The notes under the pieces are model-generated. The model was given only the letters and a program-made list of their open reading frames with translations, searched no databases and was not told where the DNA came from. A stretch of 64,000 nucleotides of DNA from an uncultured Bdellovibrionales bacterium (GTDB taxonomy: Bacteria > Patescibacteriota > Minisyncoccia > Moranbacterales > UBA1568). Within the stretch, counting starts at the first letter, position 1; the number at the start of each line of letters is the position of its first letter. The stretch lies in assembly GCA_964612055.1 (NCBI GenBank), contig CAZTBI010000001.1:156246-220245 (forward strand), in the 5' to 3' direction. Positions 1-9,574 of the stretch are shown here, one piece after another. Made by a program: the position numbers and the translations under genes.

Positions 1-1
1 G

Positions 2-565
2 GAAGCTCCTACCGAGACACAGGATGAGACGACCCCGTTCCGGCCGAATAATCCCTACGGTATTACCAAACTTGACGGTCTGATGATCAGTCGTTTGTAT
101 CGAGAGAAGCACGGTCTTTTTGCTGCGGTTGGCATTTTTTATAACCATGAGTCAGAATATCGCGCTGAGCAGTTTGTTTCTATGAAAGTAGTAGCAGGTG
201 CAGTCAATATCAAAAAGGGTACGGAAACTGAGCTTACAGTAGGGGATTTATCAGCTGAGGTAGACTGGGGCTATGCCCCTGACTATGTAGAGGCTGCTCA
301 CCGAATACTGCAGTTAGAGAAATCGGACGAGTTTATCATCGCTACCGGACAGAAGCATTCTATTCAGGATTTAGTAGGAGTAGCTTTTGATTACCTCGGT
401 CTTGATTGGCGGCAGTACGTACATGAGAATAAAGCGATTCTGACGAGGAAACGCTTGCCGATGGTGGGAAATGCCGAGAAATTAAAACGAGCAACGGGAT
501 GGCAGCCCACGGTCAGTTTTGAGGCCATGATACACAGAATGGTAGATTTCAAAATGCAATCCTAA
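2..565 (+). CDS. gmd: GDP-mannose 4,6-dehydratase, C-terminal part (5' end outside window)
   Basis: Frame continuous from window edge: ETTPFRPNNPYGITKL...LFAAVGIFYNHESEYR...VDWGYAPDYVEA match conserved Gmd motifs (ETTPF.P.SPYA.AK; ILFNHESP.RG; RDWGHA.DYV). ORF track 83..565 is the same frame. Confidence 0.85.
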   Translation, partial: EAPTETQDETTPFRPNNPYGITKLDGLMISRLYREKHGLFAAVGIFYNHESEYRAEQFVSMKVVAGAVNIKKGTETELTVGDLSAEVDWGYAPDYVEAAHRILQLEKSDEFIIATGQKHSIQDLVGVAFDYLGLDWRQYVHENKAILTRKRLPMVGNAEKLKRATGWQPTVSFEAMIHRMVDFKMQS

Positions 566-569
566 CGCT

Positions 570-1715
570 ATGAAAATCGTTTTTATCTCAGGAATGTTGC
601 CATCAGGACACTACTCGCAGTATGTAACGGGTGGTTTGGTTGAGCATCAGGATATAGAACTCGTGGTGTACGCTGACAAGAATCCGAAGAATTTGGAGAT
701 CAAGAACTGCGGAACCATCAAAACCGTTTGGTCAAAGTCTCTTCGCTATATTTTCGAGATTTTGAGAGAGATTAAGAGAGACAGACCTGATGTTGTGCAT
801 CTCCAGCACGAACTGAATATGTACGGAGGTATTCTGACAGCCAGTCTTTTTCCTTTGTTGGTTATTGCTCTCCGGTTACAGGGGATTCGAGTGGTGACGA
901 CTGTGCACGCAGCGGTTTTCAGACGACAGGTGGACGATGCTTTTATGAAGCTCTTTCATCAGGACTCACCGCTCCTTCGACCCTTTATGTTGACGTTCTT
1001 TTTTCACTACGTCTATAAAATGATCTCACTTTTTTCTCATGCGCTTATTGTGCATACACATCTGACCAAGGAGATTCTGGTGACGGATTATGGTGTTGAT
1101 CCGAAAAAGGTAAATGTGATTCCAATCGCAATTCCGCAGAGAGAAATCAATAACTCCCAAAAAGAGAAGTATTTTTTCTACTTTGGGTACATGGTACGGC
1201 GGAAGGGACTCGGCTTTGCGCTTGAAGGCTTCCGACGTTATATTGAGGAAAACCCGGGGAGTGACTACAAGTTTGTCTTGGCTGGAGGGGTCATCAAGGG
1301 TCAAGAAAAAGCTTACGACGAGATTGTGCAGATCATCAAGGACAATCGTCTCGAGGAAAAAGTGATTGTGAGAGGTTTCATTGAGCAGGAGGAACAGGAT
1401 GATTTGTATGAGAAAGCGTACACAGTCGTGATTCCAGCGGTGGTTTCTATGGGATCAAGTGGCCCACTCTTTCACTCGGTTAGCTATGGCAAGGCGGTTA
1501 TTTGTTCGAAGATAGGACACTTTCTCGAGGATATTGAGGATGGCAAGACGGGGATTTTGACCGATAATGATCGTTTCCATGAAGCATTTAAGTTTGCAGC
1601 TGAGCATCCTGAAAAAATAGCAGAAATTGAGAAAAATATTGAAATGAAAGCGCGCTCACGTAGTCCATATGCAACGACAGAGCAGTATCTATCACTCTAT
1701 AAAAAATCCGTGTAA
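570..1715 (+). CDS. glycosyltransferase family 1 (GT4)
   Basis: 381 aa; C-terminal GT-B/GT4 signature (GSSGPLFHSVSYGKAVICSKIGHF.ED...GIL), typical EX7E-type retaining glycosyltransferase. Confidence 0.75.
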   Translation: MKIVFISGMLPSGHYSQYVTGGLVEHQDIELVVYADKNPKNLEIKNCGTIKTVWSKSLRYIFEILREIKRDRPDVVHLQHELNMYGGILTASLFPLLVIALRLQGIRVVTTVHAAVFRRQVDDAFMKLFHQDSPLLRPFMLTFFFHYVYKMISLFSHALIVHTHLTKEILVTDYGVDPKKVNVIPIAIPQREINNSQKEKYFFYFGYMVRRKGLGFALEGFRRYIEENPGSDYKFVLAGGVIKGQEKAYDEIVQIIKDNRLEEKVIVRGFIEQEEQDDLYEKAYTVVIPAVVSMGSSGPLFHSVSYGKAVICSKIGHFLEDIEDGKTGILTDNDRFHEAFKFAAEHPEKIAEIEKNIEMKARSRSPYATTEQYLSLYKKSV

Positions 1716-1723
1716 TTTTTTCT

Positions 1724-2791
1724 ATGGAAAAGTATAAAGTATCAGCTGTGATAGTGAACTACGATGGGAAGCCATACGTGGATAAGTGTGTCCATTCGAT
1801 TTTTGAAAGTGGCTATGCTGATATGGAAGTGATAGTGGTAGACAACGGGTCGGTTGATGGCAGTGTGGAGTATTTGAGAGAAAAGTATGCTGCCTATGGT
1901 GAGCGACTCAAGGTGGTGGCGCTCGATAAAAACTATGGCCCATCCTATGCTCGCAATGAGGGCGCGAAGGTTGTGGAGGGGAGGTATATTGGCTTTTTGG
2001 ATAATGACACAGAAGTAGAGAAAGGCTGGGCTGAGTCGGCTGTGGCGGAATTTGAAAGGGATGAAAATATCGGTATTATTCAGTGTAAGCTCATTCTATC
2101 CAAGGAACGGGAAAAACTAGATTACGTTGGTGAATATATCGGACAGAATGGGTTTTTGGTGCAGCGAGCGCAGACGGCTGAAGTAGATCACGGTCAGTAT
2201 GATCAGAAGGTGGAGATTTTGGCTGCTAAGTCAGCGGGCATGTTTATTCGAAAAGATGTCTTCGAGAAAATCAACGGATTTGATCCGGACTACTTTATTT
2301 ATGTGGAGGAAACAGATCTCGGTTGGCGTTCCTGGCTCGCTGGGTATAAGGCTATTTTCGTGCCTGAGTCCGTGGTGTATCATGAGTTCGGCACTAGTAC
2401 TATTATTCTTGGGAAGAGCAAGAATAATTACAACGCGAAATTCCATGGTTGTAAGAACTATATTTTGACGTTGACCAAGAATCTGGGGTTGAAAAGTATC
2501 CTGATGATTTTGCCGGTCCACGTTTTTCTTTGGGCTGGTTTGGGTTGGTTTGCCCTCCTTACTAAAGGGGATTACCATGCGTTTTGGTGGATTCATAAGG
2601 GTATCGGTTGGAATATTATCAATCTCGGTAGGAATCTGCGCAAGAGAAGGTGGATTCAGTCAAGAAGAGTGATAAGTGATGACGACTTGTTTAAGGTAGT
2701 GATGCGGAAAAAGCCTTTCCTCTACTACATTCAGAAGGTGACAGGGGTGCACAAGGTGGGGAATGCCGAAGGATTCGTGAAATCGAAATAA
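1724..2791 (+). CDS. glycosyltransferase family 2
   Basis: N-terminus SAVIVNYDG...VVDNGSVDGS and DxD-type GT-A motifs; C-terminal hydrophobic segments. Confidence 0.75.
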   Translation: MEKYKVSAVIVNYDGKPYVDKCVHSIFESGYADMEVIVVDNGSVDGSVEYLREKYAAYGERLKVVALDKNYGPSYARNEGAKVVEGRYIGFLDNDTEVEKGWAESAVAEFERDENIGIIQCKLILSKEREKLDYVGEYIGQNGFLVQRAQTAEVDHGQYDQKVEILAAKSAGMFIRKDVFEKINGFDPDYFIYVEETDLGWRSWLAGYKAIFVPESVVYHEFGTSTIILGKSKNNYNAKFHGCKNYILTLTKNLGLKSILMILPVHVFLWAGLGWFALLTKGDYHAFWWIHKGIGWNIINLGRNLRKRRWIQSRRVISDDDLFKVVMRKKPFLYYIQKVTGVHKVGNAEGFVKSK

Positions 2792-2797
2792 CAAGAT

Positions 2798-3790
2798 ATG
2801 AAAGCGGATATTTTTGTCCCTACTTCGAATAGGCTTGATGCTCTCGAGCAGTGTCTCGAGAGCCTGAGTAAACAGAGTCGCCGAGATTTTCGGGTGCTTC
2901 TGGTTGGTCTGCGAGCAGACGAGCAGGTAGAAAAACTTATCTTAAAGTTTCCGCAGATAGAAATCCAGTATTTCATCCAAAAGAAGAAAGGGTTGATTGG
3001 TGCGGCCAATGAAGCGCTGCAGGTTGCAGAGAATGAAATATTTGTCAGGATTGATGATGATACCGTTCAGGATGAGTTTTGGTACGAAAATATCATCAAG
3101 ACTTTTGAAAGCGATGAACATATAGGGGGCGTCACGGGGCCGACGGTGATGAGCGAAGAAGGAGTGAAATCACGAGATTTAACAGCTTACCTAGAAAAAT
3201 TTAAAACAAGTCAAAATCCGCTGCTTAGAGCTTTTTATAGTCTATACAACGACTACCTGTACGAAAATAAAATGTATGAGGTGAGTCAGTTTCTGAAAAG
3301 CGGGGTATTTACACTGGGATCAAATTTTCCTGGCGCCACTCTGTTGCCCGCACCGCTTGAGGTGAATAATTTGGAGGCGTGTAATTGGAGTGCGAGAACA
3401 GCTATTTTGAAAGAGATTGGTGGATATGATGAAATTTACGTCAAAGGTCTCGGAGATTACCATGAGGCAGACGCTGCCCTTAAGATCCAAAAAGCGGGGT
3501 ATAAACTTATTTTTAGTCCGAAAGTGAAACTGAGGCACAACGTAGAAGTTGGGACTGTGGCCAAAGCCCGACCGGCACCATACTGGCGGATTCAAAATTT
3601 TATTATTTTCTATTTCCGTTTTTTTGATATTGAAAGTATTGACCAGTTGCTTCGTTTTCTTACAAATGTTGTTCTACAAAATGGTTACTACCTCTTTCGT
3701 TTTTTTACAACAGGAAAGCTAAGTCAGTTAGGGGCTCTTACGGGAACGTGCGTCGGGTTTGCTAAGGTAATATGTAAGTATAAGAACTAA
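2798..3790 (+). CDS. glycosyltransferase family 2-like
   Basis: 330 aa; GT-A like N-terminus (IFVPTSNRLDALEQCLESL, RIDDDT); tightly packed in GT operon. Confidence 0.6.
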   Translation: MKADIFVPTSNRLDALEQCLESLSKQSRRDFRVLLVGLRADEQVEKLILKFPQIEIQYFIQKKKGLIGAANEALQVAENEIFVRIDDDTVQDEFWYENIIKTFESDEHIGGVTGPTVMSEEGVKSRDLTAYLEKFKTSQNPLLRAFYSLYNDYLYENKMYEVSQFLKSGVFTLGSNFPGATLLPAPLEVNNLEACNWSARTAILKEIGGYDEIYVKGLGDYHEADAALKIQKAGYKLIFSPKVKLRHNVEVGTVAKARPAPYWRIQNFIIFYFRFFDIESIDQLLRFLTNVVLQNGYYLFRFFTTGKLSQLGALTGTCVGFAKVICKYKN

Positions 3791-3797
3791 TACTCCT

Positions 3798-4589
3798 ATG
3801 AAGACGAAAAAGACAACCGTTGACCAGTTTACACGGATTTACTCTCATCCTTCCGCGATCCTCTTTCGAGCTATTGAGATGAAAACGATTCATCGGAACC
3901 TCGAAGGTATCGAATTTTCCCATCCTTCTATGGATTTGGGTTGTGGCGATGGAAAAATTGCTGAAATGATTTTTGACCAACCATTCACCTACGGAGTCGA
4001 CAATGGTGAGGCTAAGGATGTGGGAGACGCTGTAGAGAGCGGACGTTATGAAAAAATATTTTTGGAAAGTGCTGAGAAAATGTCTCTTCCTAATAACTCG
4101 GTCAATTTCGTGTTCAGTAACTGTGTTATCGAACATATACCGGATAACGAAGCGGTTCTACGGGAGACAAGTCGCATCCTCAACAAGGGAGGGGCATTTA
4201 TTTTTACAGTTCCTAGTCATAATTTCCCTGAGTATCTTTTTTTGACGAGTAAGCTTGCCGCGTGGGGGCTTGGATTTCTCTCTCGTTTCTACAAATATCG
4301 GAGGAACAAAATGTTGAATCAGTTTCATTGCTATAGTGCAGAGGACTGGCAGCAAAAGCTTGCGAAACATGGGCTGAAGATGGTAAAGCACGAATACTAT
4401 ATGACCAAAGGAGCGCTTATGTTGTGGGACAAGATGGCGTTAGAGCTTTTTTTCAAAAAGATCCTCTGGCCACACTACGAAAAGAAAGCCCTGAGGAAAT
4501 ACTTAGGTACGATTCGTGAGACAGCAGAAAAGGATATAGCGGCAGAGGGGAGGGGTGCCGGATTGTTTGTGTATTGCGTAAAGGAATAA
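3798..4589 (+). CDS. class I SAM-dependent methyltransferase
   Basis: Motif I LDLGCGDGK and post-I acidic residue; Methyltransf_11/23-like length 263 aa. Confidence 0.75.
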   Translation: MKTKKTTVDQFTRIYSHPSAILFRAIEMKTIHRNLEGIEFSHPSMDLGCGDGKIAEMIFDQPFTYGVDNGEAKDVGDAVESGRYEKIFLESAEKMSLPNNSVNFVFSNCVIEHIPDNEAVLRETSRILNKGGAFIFTVPSHNFPEYLFLTSKLAAWGLGFLSRFYKYRRNKMLNQFHCYSAEDWQQKLAKHGLKMVKHEYYMTKGALMLWDKMALELFFKKILWPHYEKKALRKYLGTIRETAEKDIAAEGRGAGLFVYCVKE

Positions 4590-4593
4590 AGAT

Positions 4594-7080
4594 ATGCGGT
4601 TCCCAGTGACAAAAGTAATAATCATGCTCAGACAGCCAAAGACACTACTGTGGTTGGTGTTGGTGTTAGCCTTGTTTCTGAGGTTATGGCATATTGATAC
4701 TCGGGATATTTGGTATGATGAACTTTTGACGGTGTTGCAGTCAGAGAAGAGTATCGCAGTCATTACTAATGAAGTGCCTACACCTATTCACTACTACTTC
4801 GTCCACCTGTTTCTCTTTTTTGGGAAGAGTACTTTTATACTCGGCCTGCCTTCAGTGCTCTTTGGTCTAGCTTCGATATATATTCTTTACCGTATCGGAG
4901 CCATAGTAAAACACGAGTGGCTCGGACTCGTCTCGGCTTTTCTGCTGGCTATCTCTCCTATGCATATAGAGTTTTCTCAGCAGATTCTTTTTTTCTCGTA
5001 CGTTGTTTTTTTCTCCGTCGTCAGTCTTTACTTTATGGTAGATTTCGCTCGGGCTTTTGAACGAGGGGAGTTTCGGTGGAAAAATTTACTGTGGTTAGCG
5101 GTAGTGAACGGACTGAATATACTTACTCAGATGGTTGTTTTGGTACTGATCCCACTTCAAGGACTCTTTTTGCTCTATCTTTTTATTAAGAATCCCGATA
5201 TTTTTTTACGTTTTAAAAAATACTTTTTCTTTCTGGGTGGTACGCTACTTCTTTTTTTTGGAGTAATACTATTTATCGGTGGCGGCGGGTACGCCAGTTT
5301 TCTTGATAAGTTGAGAGTGGATTTCGACAAGCCGCTTACGGTGGGATATTCATTATCACACGCTCTCGGCTCAACAGTACTGACTTTCAATGAGGATTTC
5401 TATCGAGCGATGTTTTCATGGTTCGGTATTGGAGATGGATATGGACTTTTGGTGTATGGGATCTTCTTTTCGGTAGGTCTCGTGACCCTTCTTATCTCAC
5501 CTAGCTCTCGATCATTGGCCCTATTTTTTCTCTTATGGGTAGTCGGTCCCTTTGCATTTCTCTTCACTGTGAGGTTAGATCATTGGTTTGAGGAAAAGTA
5601 TTTTATCTTCATCATTCCAGTCTACCTTTTGTTGGTTGCCCAGGGTATCGTGTGGACAGTGGGTAAATTCAGTGAGTGGATGCAATCACGAGTAGGCTTA
5701 TCTGGATCCTGGTCTCGCCCCGCAGGCGTTTTATTGTTGCTTATCCTTATTTCTGGTCTTGCTTTGGAGCCGATACAGTCCCGGACGAGCTTTGGTTTTA
5801 CGTTTAAAGAACATGTGCACTATAGTTGGAGAAAGGTCCATCAATATCTTGCGGAAAACCTGAAGCCTGGCGAAAAGGTTTTCCTTATCAAGGGAAATAA
5901 GAGTTTTCTTGAATACTATCGTGATGCTGATGTCGTTCCATACGAAATTCTTGATGAGAATGATATCGCTTTGATGAGCACGGACCAGTACGATGAGTTT
6001 GTACGAACACAGCCCACAAATTATTTTGTTTCTATCCCGGACTACAACTATCTTTTTTTGAGCGCTTTGACCGAATGGAAAAAGATAAAGATGGTAGGAA
6101 ACTTCGGTATTTACCAGATTACGTTTAATAAAAGTGGCTCTATTAAGCCGAAGGTTGAGGATGGTCAATGGGTATACTACGAGGATTTTCGCACCTCACA
6201 ATTTATTTCTCAGGCGAAGAGGTGGAGTAATATGGCTACATCGTATGCGGATGCAGTGCCATTATCTGAGATTGAAGGGTATAACGTGTTGAAGCCTCTT
6301 CGGGCGGAAGCCTCCTTTATAGACTACAAAATCACCCTGCCAGAAAACACGAATGGTTTTTATTTTCAATCCCTTTTTTCTCTAGAGAAGGGAGCGCGAT
6401 TTCAGGTGCTGCTTGGTGAGAGCGAAGAGGGACTCAAGCCTATTTATGAGCAAGGGGCTGATCATTTCTCTTATTTTCAGCCAGTCATAAAAGTTCCTTA
6501 TGTTACCAAAAAATCGAATACGGTTTTTTTGCGTCTCCGTTTTGATTTTGATGACCAGTTTGAGGGCGCGGTAGAGAGGGTACGACTGAAATCATTTGAG
6601 CTTTCGAATCATACGGGTGAGGGGGTTCCCTTTCCGAAAGGGTACGTAGTACAGAAAAAAAATGCGTCTACTGAGTACGTATATAATGCCACGCTGGAAA
6701 TTGAAAAGAGTAGCAAATGGACGAGAGCTGCGGTACAGAAGGATGGATGGCTGCAGACGAATGATGGCTTTCTAATAAGAAATCATGGCACGAAAGAGGG
6801 AAATCCACTCGTGTTTCGTTTTGAACTTGATAAAAAAAGATATAATGGTAAGCTGGAATTCAAGGGTTTTGGGCATCATGCTAACCCCATTGACATTTTT
6901 GCGAGTACTGACGGGAAGAGCTGGACTGCTCTTGGACGGGCAGATGAGAACCTTTTCAAAGTGTATTCATTTGAGTTTCCTGATATTACTACCGGAGGGT
7001 GGTATCTCAAATTCGTTTCAGAAAGCGTCGGTCCAACGAGTCAGATTCGAAATATTCAGGTTTCGTTTACAGAAGAGTAA
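4594..7080 (+). CDS. GT-C family glycosyltransferase (ArnT/PMT-like) with C-terminal discoidin/F5-8-type-C-like domain
   Basis: 828 aa; 11+ TM helices; N-terminal DxxYDE loop motif typical of GT39/GT83; C-terminus (STDGKSWTALG...WYLKFVSESVGP.SQIRNIQV) resembles F5/8 type C carbohydrate-binding domain. Confidence 0.65.
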   Translation: MRFPVTKVIIMLRQPKTLLWLVLVLALFLRLWHIDTRDIWYDELLTVLQSEKSIAVITNEVPTPIHYYFVHLFLFFGKSTFILGLPSVLFGLASIYILYRIGAIVKHEWLGLVSAFLLAISPMHIEFSQQILFFSYVVFFSVVSLYFMVDFARAFERGEFRWKNLLWLAVVNGLNILTQMVVLVLIPLQGLFLLYLFIKNPDIFLRFKKYFFFLGGTLLLFFGVILFIGGGGYASFLDKLRVDFDKPLTVGYSLSHALGSTVLTFNEDFYRAMFSWFGIGDGYGLLVYGIFFSVGLVTLLISPSSRSLALFFLLWVVGPFAFLFTVRLDHWFEEKYFIFIIPVYLLLVAQGIVWTVGKFSEWMQSRVGLSGSWSRPAGVLLLLILISGLALEPIQSRTSFGFTFKEHVHYSWRKVHQYLAENLKPGEKVFLIKGNKSFLEYYRDADVVPYEILDENDIALMSTDQYDEFVRTQPTNYFVSIPDYNYLFLSALTEWKKIKMVGNFGIYQITFNKSGSIKPKVEDGQWVYYEDFRTSQFISQAKRWSNMATSYADAVPLSEIEGYNVLKPLRAEASFIDYKITLPENTNGFYFQSLFSLEKGARFQVLLGESEEGLKPIYEQGADHFSYFQPVIKVPYVTKKSNTVFLRLRFDFDDQFEGAVERVRLKSFELSNHTGEGVPFPKGYVVQKKNASTEYVYNATLEIEKSSKWTRAAVQKDGWLQTNDGFLIRNHGTKEGNPLVFRFELDKKRYNGKLEFKGFGHHANPIDIFASTDGKSWTALGRADENLFKVYSFEFPDITTGGWYLKFVSESVGPTSQIRNIQVSFTEE

Positions 7081-7097
7081 TTTCTAGAGTTACAGTT

Positions 7098-7889
7098 ATG
7101 AAAACAGTTATTCTTTGCGGTGGTAAGGGTACTCGATTAAAGGAAGAAACAGAGTTTAAACCGAAGCCCATGGTAAAGATTGGTGAACTTCCTATCTTGG
7201 TGCATATCATGAAGATATATGCTTTTTATGGTCATAAAGAATTTATTCTCTGTCTTGGCTATCGTGGTGATGTGATAAAGGAGTATTTTTTGAATCTTTC
7301 AAAATTTACTAATGATTTTCGTTTAGATTTGGCAACGGGTAATGTCGAGTACCTTAATTGCTACCATGATCTTGACTTCAGGATTACTTTTGTTGAAACC
7401 GGTGAGGATACTCAGAGTGGTGAGCGGGTGAAGATTGCTTCTCAGTACATAGAAGATGATGAATTTATGGTGACATACGGTGATGGCGTGAGCAATATAG
7501 ATATCCCGAAGCTGATAAAATTTCATCAGTCACAGACGAAGAAGCATGGTATCCTCGCTACAATTTCAGCCGTTCACCCGTCTTCAAAATATGGAAAAAT
7601 TTATGCTGACAAGAATAATATTTTAGAGAGATTCGACGAAAAACCAGTCCTTGATGACTATATAAATGGAGGCTTTATGGTTTTGAATAGAGGGGCGTTG
7701 AAATTCCTTAAAGACGGCGATATGTTGGAAGATGGTTTGCAGAAGATGACTAAAAAAGGAAGACTGTCACAGTTTTGTCATGATGGCTTTTGGCACAGCA
7801 TGGATACTATGAAAGACGTGATTGATCTCAATAAAATGTGGGAGCGCGGTGAGCGGCCATGGGCGTTGGGACAGGATACGTGTGATTAA
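7098..7889 (+). CDS. rfbF: glucose-1-phosphate cytidylyltransferase
   Basis: MKTVILCGGKGTRLKEETEFKPKPMVKIGELPILVHIMKIY is near-identical in pattern to RfbF/DdhA N-terminus; ATG at 7098 preferred over upstream ORF extension (6999). Confidence 0.9.
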   Translation: MKTVILCGGKGTRLKEETEFKPKPMVKIGELPILVHIMKIYAFYGHKEFILCLGYRGDVIKEYFLNLSKFTNDFRLDLATGNVEYLNCYHDLDFRITFVETGEDTQSGERVKIASQYIEDDEFMVTYGDGVSNIDIPKLIKFHQSQTKKHGILATISAVHPSSKYGKIYADKNNILERFDEKPVLDDYINGGFMVLNRGALKFLKDGDMLEDGLQKMTKKGRLSQFCHDGFWHSMDTMKDVIDLNKMWERGERPWALGQDTCD

Positions 7890-7923
7890 TCAGGAGACGG
7901 AGGGGCATGAATGATGTACGGCA

Positions 7924-8994
7924 ATGAATGATTTTTTCCGAGGAAAGAAAGTTTTGGTAACTGGGCACACCGGTTTTAAAGGTTCCTGGTTGACCCAAAT
8001 ACTACTCCGTTTTGGCGCTGAGGTAGTGGGGGTTTCTCTTGCTCCGGAGGATGAACACGGACTGTTCTCCATTTTAAAACTGCAGGAAAAAAGTAAAAAC
8101 TATTTCTTCGATATCAGACACTATGACGGTCTGAAGGCTATCATAGCCGGTGAACGTCCAGAAATTGTTTTTCATCTCGCGGCTCAGGCGCTGGTACGAA
8201 CGAGTTATGATGATCCGCTCACGACTCATTCAACAAATGTTTTAGGTACGGCAAATGTCCTTCAAGCTCTTCATGAGTTAGGTTGCGCTCGATCAGTGGT
8301 GGTGATCACTACCGATAAAGTGTACAAGAATCTGGAATGGATGTATCCCTATCGTGAGAATGATGCACTTGGAGGGTACGATCCGTATAGCGCTAGTAAA
8401 GCAGCGGCGGATATCGTGACCCAATCATACATCCAATCTTTTTTCAATCCGGCTGATTTTGGTACCAAGCACCAGACACTGGTCGCTGTAGCTCGAGCAG
8501 GTAATGTGATTGGCGGGGGAGATTGGGCGGAATACAGGATTATTCCTGATATTATGCGTTCAGTAATCGAAAAGGGGGAGAAAGTAATCATCCGGAGTCC
8601 GCGCGCTATCCGTCCTTGGGAGCATGTGCTTGAGCCGCTCTCTGGATATCTCGATCTCTCACGGAAGCTTTATGATGGAGAGGTGGCTTTTTCTGACGCT
8701 TGGAACTTTGGGCCGAATGATGAAAGCTTTGTTGAGGTAGAAGTCTTGGTAAAGGAAGTGTTGACTTCTCTGGGGAAAGGCGAGTACCAGGTGCAAGAGG
8801 ATCATTCGAAGCACGAGGCTGCTATTCTTAAGCTTGATACTACCAAAGCGAAGTCGCTTCTTTATTGGCGTCCCCGGTTGGATTTCCAAAAGAATATTCA
8901 TTTTACTGTTGATTGGTATAAGAATTTTTATCAGAAAAAAGAGGATCCGATTCTCTTCACCAATAGACAAATCGATCTATTCTTCAAGTCTTGA
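7924..8994 (+). CDS. rfbG: CDP-glucose 4,6-dehydratase
   Basis: FFRGKKVLVTGHTGFKGSWLTQ.L...; SDR extended family with YxxxK (YSASKAA); classic RfbG/DdhB N-terminus. Confidence 0.88.
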   Translation: MNDFFRGKKVLVTGHTGFKGSWLTQILLRFGAEVVGVSLAPEDEHGLFSILKLQEKSKNYFFDIRHYDGLKAIIAGERPEIVFHLAAQALVRTSYDDPLTTHSTNVLGTANVLQALHELGCARSVVVITTDKVYKNLEWMYPYRENDALGGYDPYSASKAAADIVTQSYIQSFFNPADFGTKHQTLVAVARAGNVIGGGDWAEYRIIPDIMRSVIEKGEKVIIRSPRAIRPWEHVLEPLSGYLDLSRKLYDGEVAFSDAWNFGPNDESFVEVEVLVKEVLTSLGKGEYQVQEDHSKHEAAILKLDTTKAKSLLYWRPRLDFQKNIHFTVDWYKNFYQKKEDPILFTNRQIDLFFKS

Positions 8995-9004
8995 GTATTG
9001 TTGT

Positions 9005-9535
9005 ATGAAAAAAAAAGTAGCGGACATTTCTCAGGAAGAGCTGAAAATGGAAGCGGTAAAACTTTTAGAGCGGATTGACCCAAGGTTGCAGCCGTATGGG
9101 AAAGAGTTTTTTGAGCCCCTGGCGCGACTAATAGTTAATATTGGGATTGAGGCAGTTTTCGTAAGGTTCAACCCTGATGTCAAGAGTTATGAAGTCCTCC
9201 TAAGGAAGCGGGATGTAACTGAGACATATCCTGGACAGTGGCATATACCGGGATCTCTCCTGAGATATGGTGAGGATTTTGATGCGGTTTTCACTCGTAT
9301 CCTGAGAGAGGAATGCGCTGAAATGGAAGTAAAATCATATCAATTCATTGGTTTAAATAATAACACCAGTGAGGCACGTGGACATGTAGTCCAGATTGTT
9401 TATCGTTGTAATATAGAGTACAATGGGAAGCCTGAGGCAGGGACTTGTTCCTGGTTTTCCTTGGATAATCTACCAGAATCCATTGTTGATCATCATCTTG
9501 ATATTGTGATACCTATGGTGATGCGCTCTATGTGA
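9005..9535 (+). CDS. Nudix-fold protein (degenerate Nudix box), function unknown
   Basis: ATG at 9005 with upstream ORF extension rejected; QWHIPGSLLRYGEDFDAVFTRILREECAEMEV resembles G.5E.7REUxEE.GU Nudix box with substitutions. Confidence 0.5.
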   Translation: MKKKVADISQEELKMEAVKLLERIDPRLQPYGKEFFEPLARLIVNIGIEAVFVRFNPDVKSYEVLLRKRDVTETYPGQWHIPGSLLRYGEDFDAVFTRILREECAEMEVKSYQFIGLNNNTSEARGHVVQIVYRCNIEYNGKPEAGTCSWFSLDNLPESIVDHHLDIVIPMVMRSM

Positions 9536-9574
9536 TGCACGAAGTAGAAGCAGTGCAATTTTTGAATAATATTT

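Noticed and set aside
1026-4763. Numerous 60-125-aa ORFs nested inside or antisense to the GT genes (e.g. 1026..1304 -, 2231..2596 -, 3320..3595 -, 4158..4391 -)
   Set aside because: They are fully contained within longer ORFs that have recognisable glycosyltransferase or methyltransferase motifs. They have no independent signals.
8834-9004. Upstream extension of the Nudix-like ORF (8834..9535) overlapping the rfbG 3' end
   Set aside because: The extension overlaps the rfbG coding frame and is low-complexity. An internal ATG at 9005 follows directly after the rfbG stop.
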